Below are positions 62,245-64,000 of a stretch of DNA of 64,000 nt, one piece after another; positions within the stretch are counted from its first letter, which is position 1; each line of letters opens with the position of its first letter. Origin of the DNA: an uncultured Thermoleophilia bacterium (GTDB lineage Bacteria; Actinomycetota; Thermoleophilia; UBA2241); the NCBI GenBank assembly GCA_963765635.1, contig CAVXXF010000002.1, positions 17,045-81,044 on the forward strand. Direction: 5' to 3'. The notes under the pieces are model-generated. The model was given only the letters and a program-made list of their open reading frames with translations, was not told the origin of the DNA and did no database searches. Position numbers and translations under genes: made by a program.

Positions 62245-64000
62245 ATGATCGCCTGCCCGTCATGCGCCACCGAACTGCCTGAGGCGTCGCGCTTCTGCCT
62301 GAGCTGCGGCGCGCGGCTGGCTGCGCCCGCAGCCGCAGCCGAAGAGCGCAAGATCGTGACCACGCTCTTCTGCGACCTCGTCGGCTTCACCGCGATGAGC
62401 GAGGCCGCCGATCCCGAGGACGTCGACCGCCTGCTCGGCGAGTACTTCGCCCGCGCCACCAAGGTGATCGAGTCCCACGGCGGCACCGTCGAGAAGTTCA
62501 TCGGTGACGCCGTGGTCGGCGTCTTCGGCGTGCCTGCCGTGCACGAGGACGACCCCGAACGTGCCGTGCGCGCCGGCCTGCGCATCGTGCAGGCGCTTGA
62601 GGGCATCATGCGCCCCGACGGCTCGCCTCTCGAGGTCCGCGCCGGCGTCAACACAGGCGAGGCCCTCGTGCGCCTCGACGTGGACCCACTTTCTGGACGC
62701 GGCTTCCTCACCGGCGACGCCGCAAACGTTGCTGCCCGCCTGCAGGCCGCTGCCCCGCCCATGGGCGTCGCCGTTGGCGCCCTAACGCACGAGCTGAGCC
62801 AGCGCGCCTTCGTCTTCGAGGAGCTGCCGGCCGTCGCCGCCAAGGGCAAGTCGGAGCCGGTAGAGGCGTGGCGGGCGCTGGCGCCGGTCTCGCGCCTCGG
62901 CGCCGACGCGACGGTTGCTCTGACGCCCTTGGTCGGCCGGGACACCGAACTCGTCTACCTGACCGCGATGCTGGACAGGAGTCTCGCCGACTCGACGCCA
63001 CAGCTCGTCCTCATCGTCGGCGAACCCGGCATCGGCAAGTCCCGGCTGGTCCTCGAGCTGCTCGCCCGCGTGGACGCACGCCCCGATCTGGTCACCTGGC
63101 GCCAGGGGCGATGTCCTCCCTATGGGGAGGCGGCGACGTTCTGGGCTCTCGGCGAGATCGTCAAAGCGCACGCCGGGGTGCTTGAGACGGACAGTGAGCA
63201 GGTAGCCGAGGCGAAGCTCGAAGCCATCCTCCCGGAGGGCTCCGACCGCGACTGGTTCCGCCAGCGCTTGCGCCCCCTGCTGGGACTCGAGGCACCGCCC
63301 GTCGACCCGGGAGTGAACCACACCGCCTGGCTGCGCTTCTTCGAGGGTCTTGCCGCGACTCGACCGACTGTCCTGGTGTTCGAGGACCTCCACTGGGCCG
63401 ACGAACCCCTGCTCGCGTTCCTCGAATACCTGGCCAGCCACGTGGACGCCGTGCCCCTCTTGGTCGTGGGGACCGCCCGACCGCAGCTCTTCGAGGAGCA
63501 TCCAGGCTTCCTCGCCGCTGCGCGACACACCCAGCGCGTCGGCCTGGAGCCGCTGTCGATGGACGACACGGGAAGGCTCGTCGAGGGGCTCATGGAGGGC
63601 GCTGGCGCGCGTTCGTCGGCTGTCGCCGAGATCGTGCACCGCGCCGTTGGCAATCCGTTTTACGCTGAGGAGTCCGTGAGACTCCTCATGGATCGCGCCG
63701 ATGCTTCGACGCTCCCTGCTTCGGTGCAGGCCGTGATCGCGGCACGTCTCGACGCGCTGCACCCCGAGCAGAAGGCGCTCCTCGGCGACGCCGCCGTCAT
63801 CGGTGAGACGTTCTGGGCCGGAGCTGTGGATGCACTGGGCGGGCACGAGCGCGGCGACGTTGACGACGCCTTGTACCGGCTCGTCGAGAAGCAGCTGGTC
63901 CGGCGCGTGCGCACTTCTTCGATGGCAGGAGAGGAGGAGTTCGCGTTCGTCCATGGACTGGCACGCGACGTTTCCTATCAGACGCTTCCCCGCACTGTGC
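62245..64000 (+). CDS. Zinc ribbon + class III cyclase + STAND ATPase protein (paralog 3, runs off the window)
   Basis: MIACPSCATELPEASRFCLSCG; FCDLVGFT, EKFIGD, GDAANVAARLQ; GEPGIGKS; FEDLHWAD; GNPFY. Missing from the ORF track because it has no stop in the window. Confidence 0.92.
   Translation, partial: MIACPSCATELPEASRFCLSCGARLAAPAAAAEERKIVTTLFCDLVGFTAMSEAADPEDVDRLLGEYFARATKVIESHGGTVEKFIGDAVVGVFGVPAVHEDDPERAVRAGLRIVQALEGIMRPDGSPLEVRAGVNTGEALVRLDVDPLSGRGFLTGDAANVAARLQAAAPPMGVAVGALTHELSQRAFVFEELPAVAAKGKSEPVEAWRALAPVSRLGADATVALTPLVGRDTELVYLTAMLDRSLADSTPQLVLIVGEPGIGKSRLVLELLARVDARPDLVTWRQGRCPPYGEAATFWALGEIVKAHAGVLETDSEQVAEAKLEAILPEGSDRDWFRQRLRPLLGLEAPPVDPGVNHTAWLRFFEGLAATRPTVLVFEDLHWADEPLLAFLEYLASHVDAVPLLVVGTARPQLFEEHPGFLAAARHTQRVGLEPLSMDDTGRLVEGLMEGAGARSSAVAEIVHRAVGNPFYAEESVRLLMDRADASTLPASVQAVIAARLDALHPEQKALLGDAAVIGETFWAGAVDALGGHERGDVDDALYRLVEKQLVRRVRTSSMAGEEEFAFVHGLARDVSYQTLPRTV

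Noticed and set aside
62240-62248. Mini-uORF ATG-GGA-TGA overlapping the start of cyclase-STAND paralog 3
   Set aside because: The SD spacing fits the downstream ATG, and the arrangement is absent from the other two paralogs.

Overview
This is a high-GC (roughly 68-70% by eye) actinobacterial-style chromosome segment. Its mix of anaerobic traits (Fix-type ETF, corrinoid proteins, B12 radical SAMs) suggests a deep-branching actinobacterium such as Thermoleophilia; that is inference only. It opens with a core block (ppdK 3' end, GNAT, dnaG, rpoD, a degenerate B12-radical SAM gene, tRNA-Asn). About 58 kb of accessory genes follow around tRNA-Asn and tRNA-Ile2(CAT): amtB, a two-subunit CoA-transferase, an acyl-CoA dehydrogenase-fixCX-etfBA operon, three paralogous zinc-ribbon/class III cyclase/STAND/TPR genes, a MalT-like regulator, a frameshifted amidase-SpoIID gene, a corrinoid methyltransferase cluster, furA-katG, two ABC exporters, a two-component system, two toxin-antitoxin pairs and several pseudogene remnants. 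No CRISPR array, rRNA, integrase or transposase was seen. The four most notable observations: (1) a Trypco1/Pepco-like small gene with no protease partner, directly upstream of a PoyC/TIGR03975-type B12 radical-SAM peptide C-methyltransferase and sandwiched between two cyclase-STAND genes; (2) two homologous structured 5' leaders with terminator-like hairpins ahead of the two CoA-metabolism operons, a candidate unrecognised cis-regulatory RNA; (3) two degenerate tRNA-3'-end-like repeats that mark tandem islands after tRNA-Ile2; (4) a radical SAM lacking one cluster cysteine, coupled to rpoD. All family assignments are by eye from motifs; no database searches were run.
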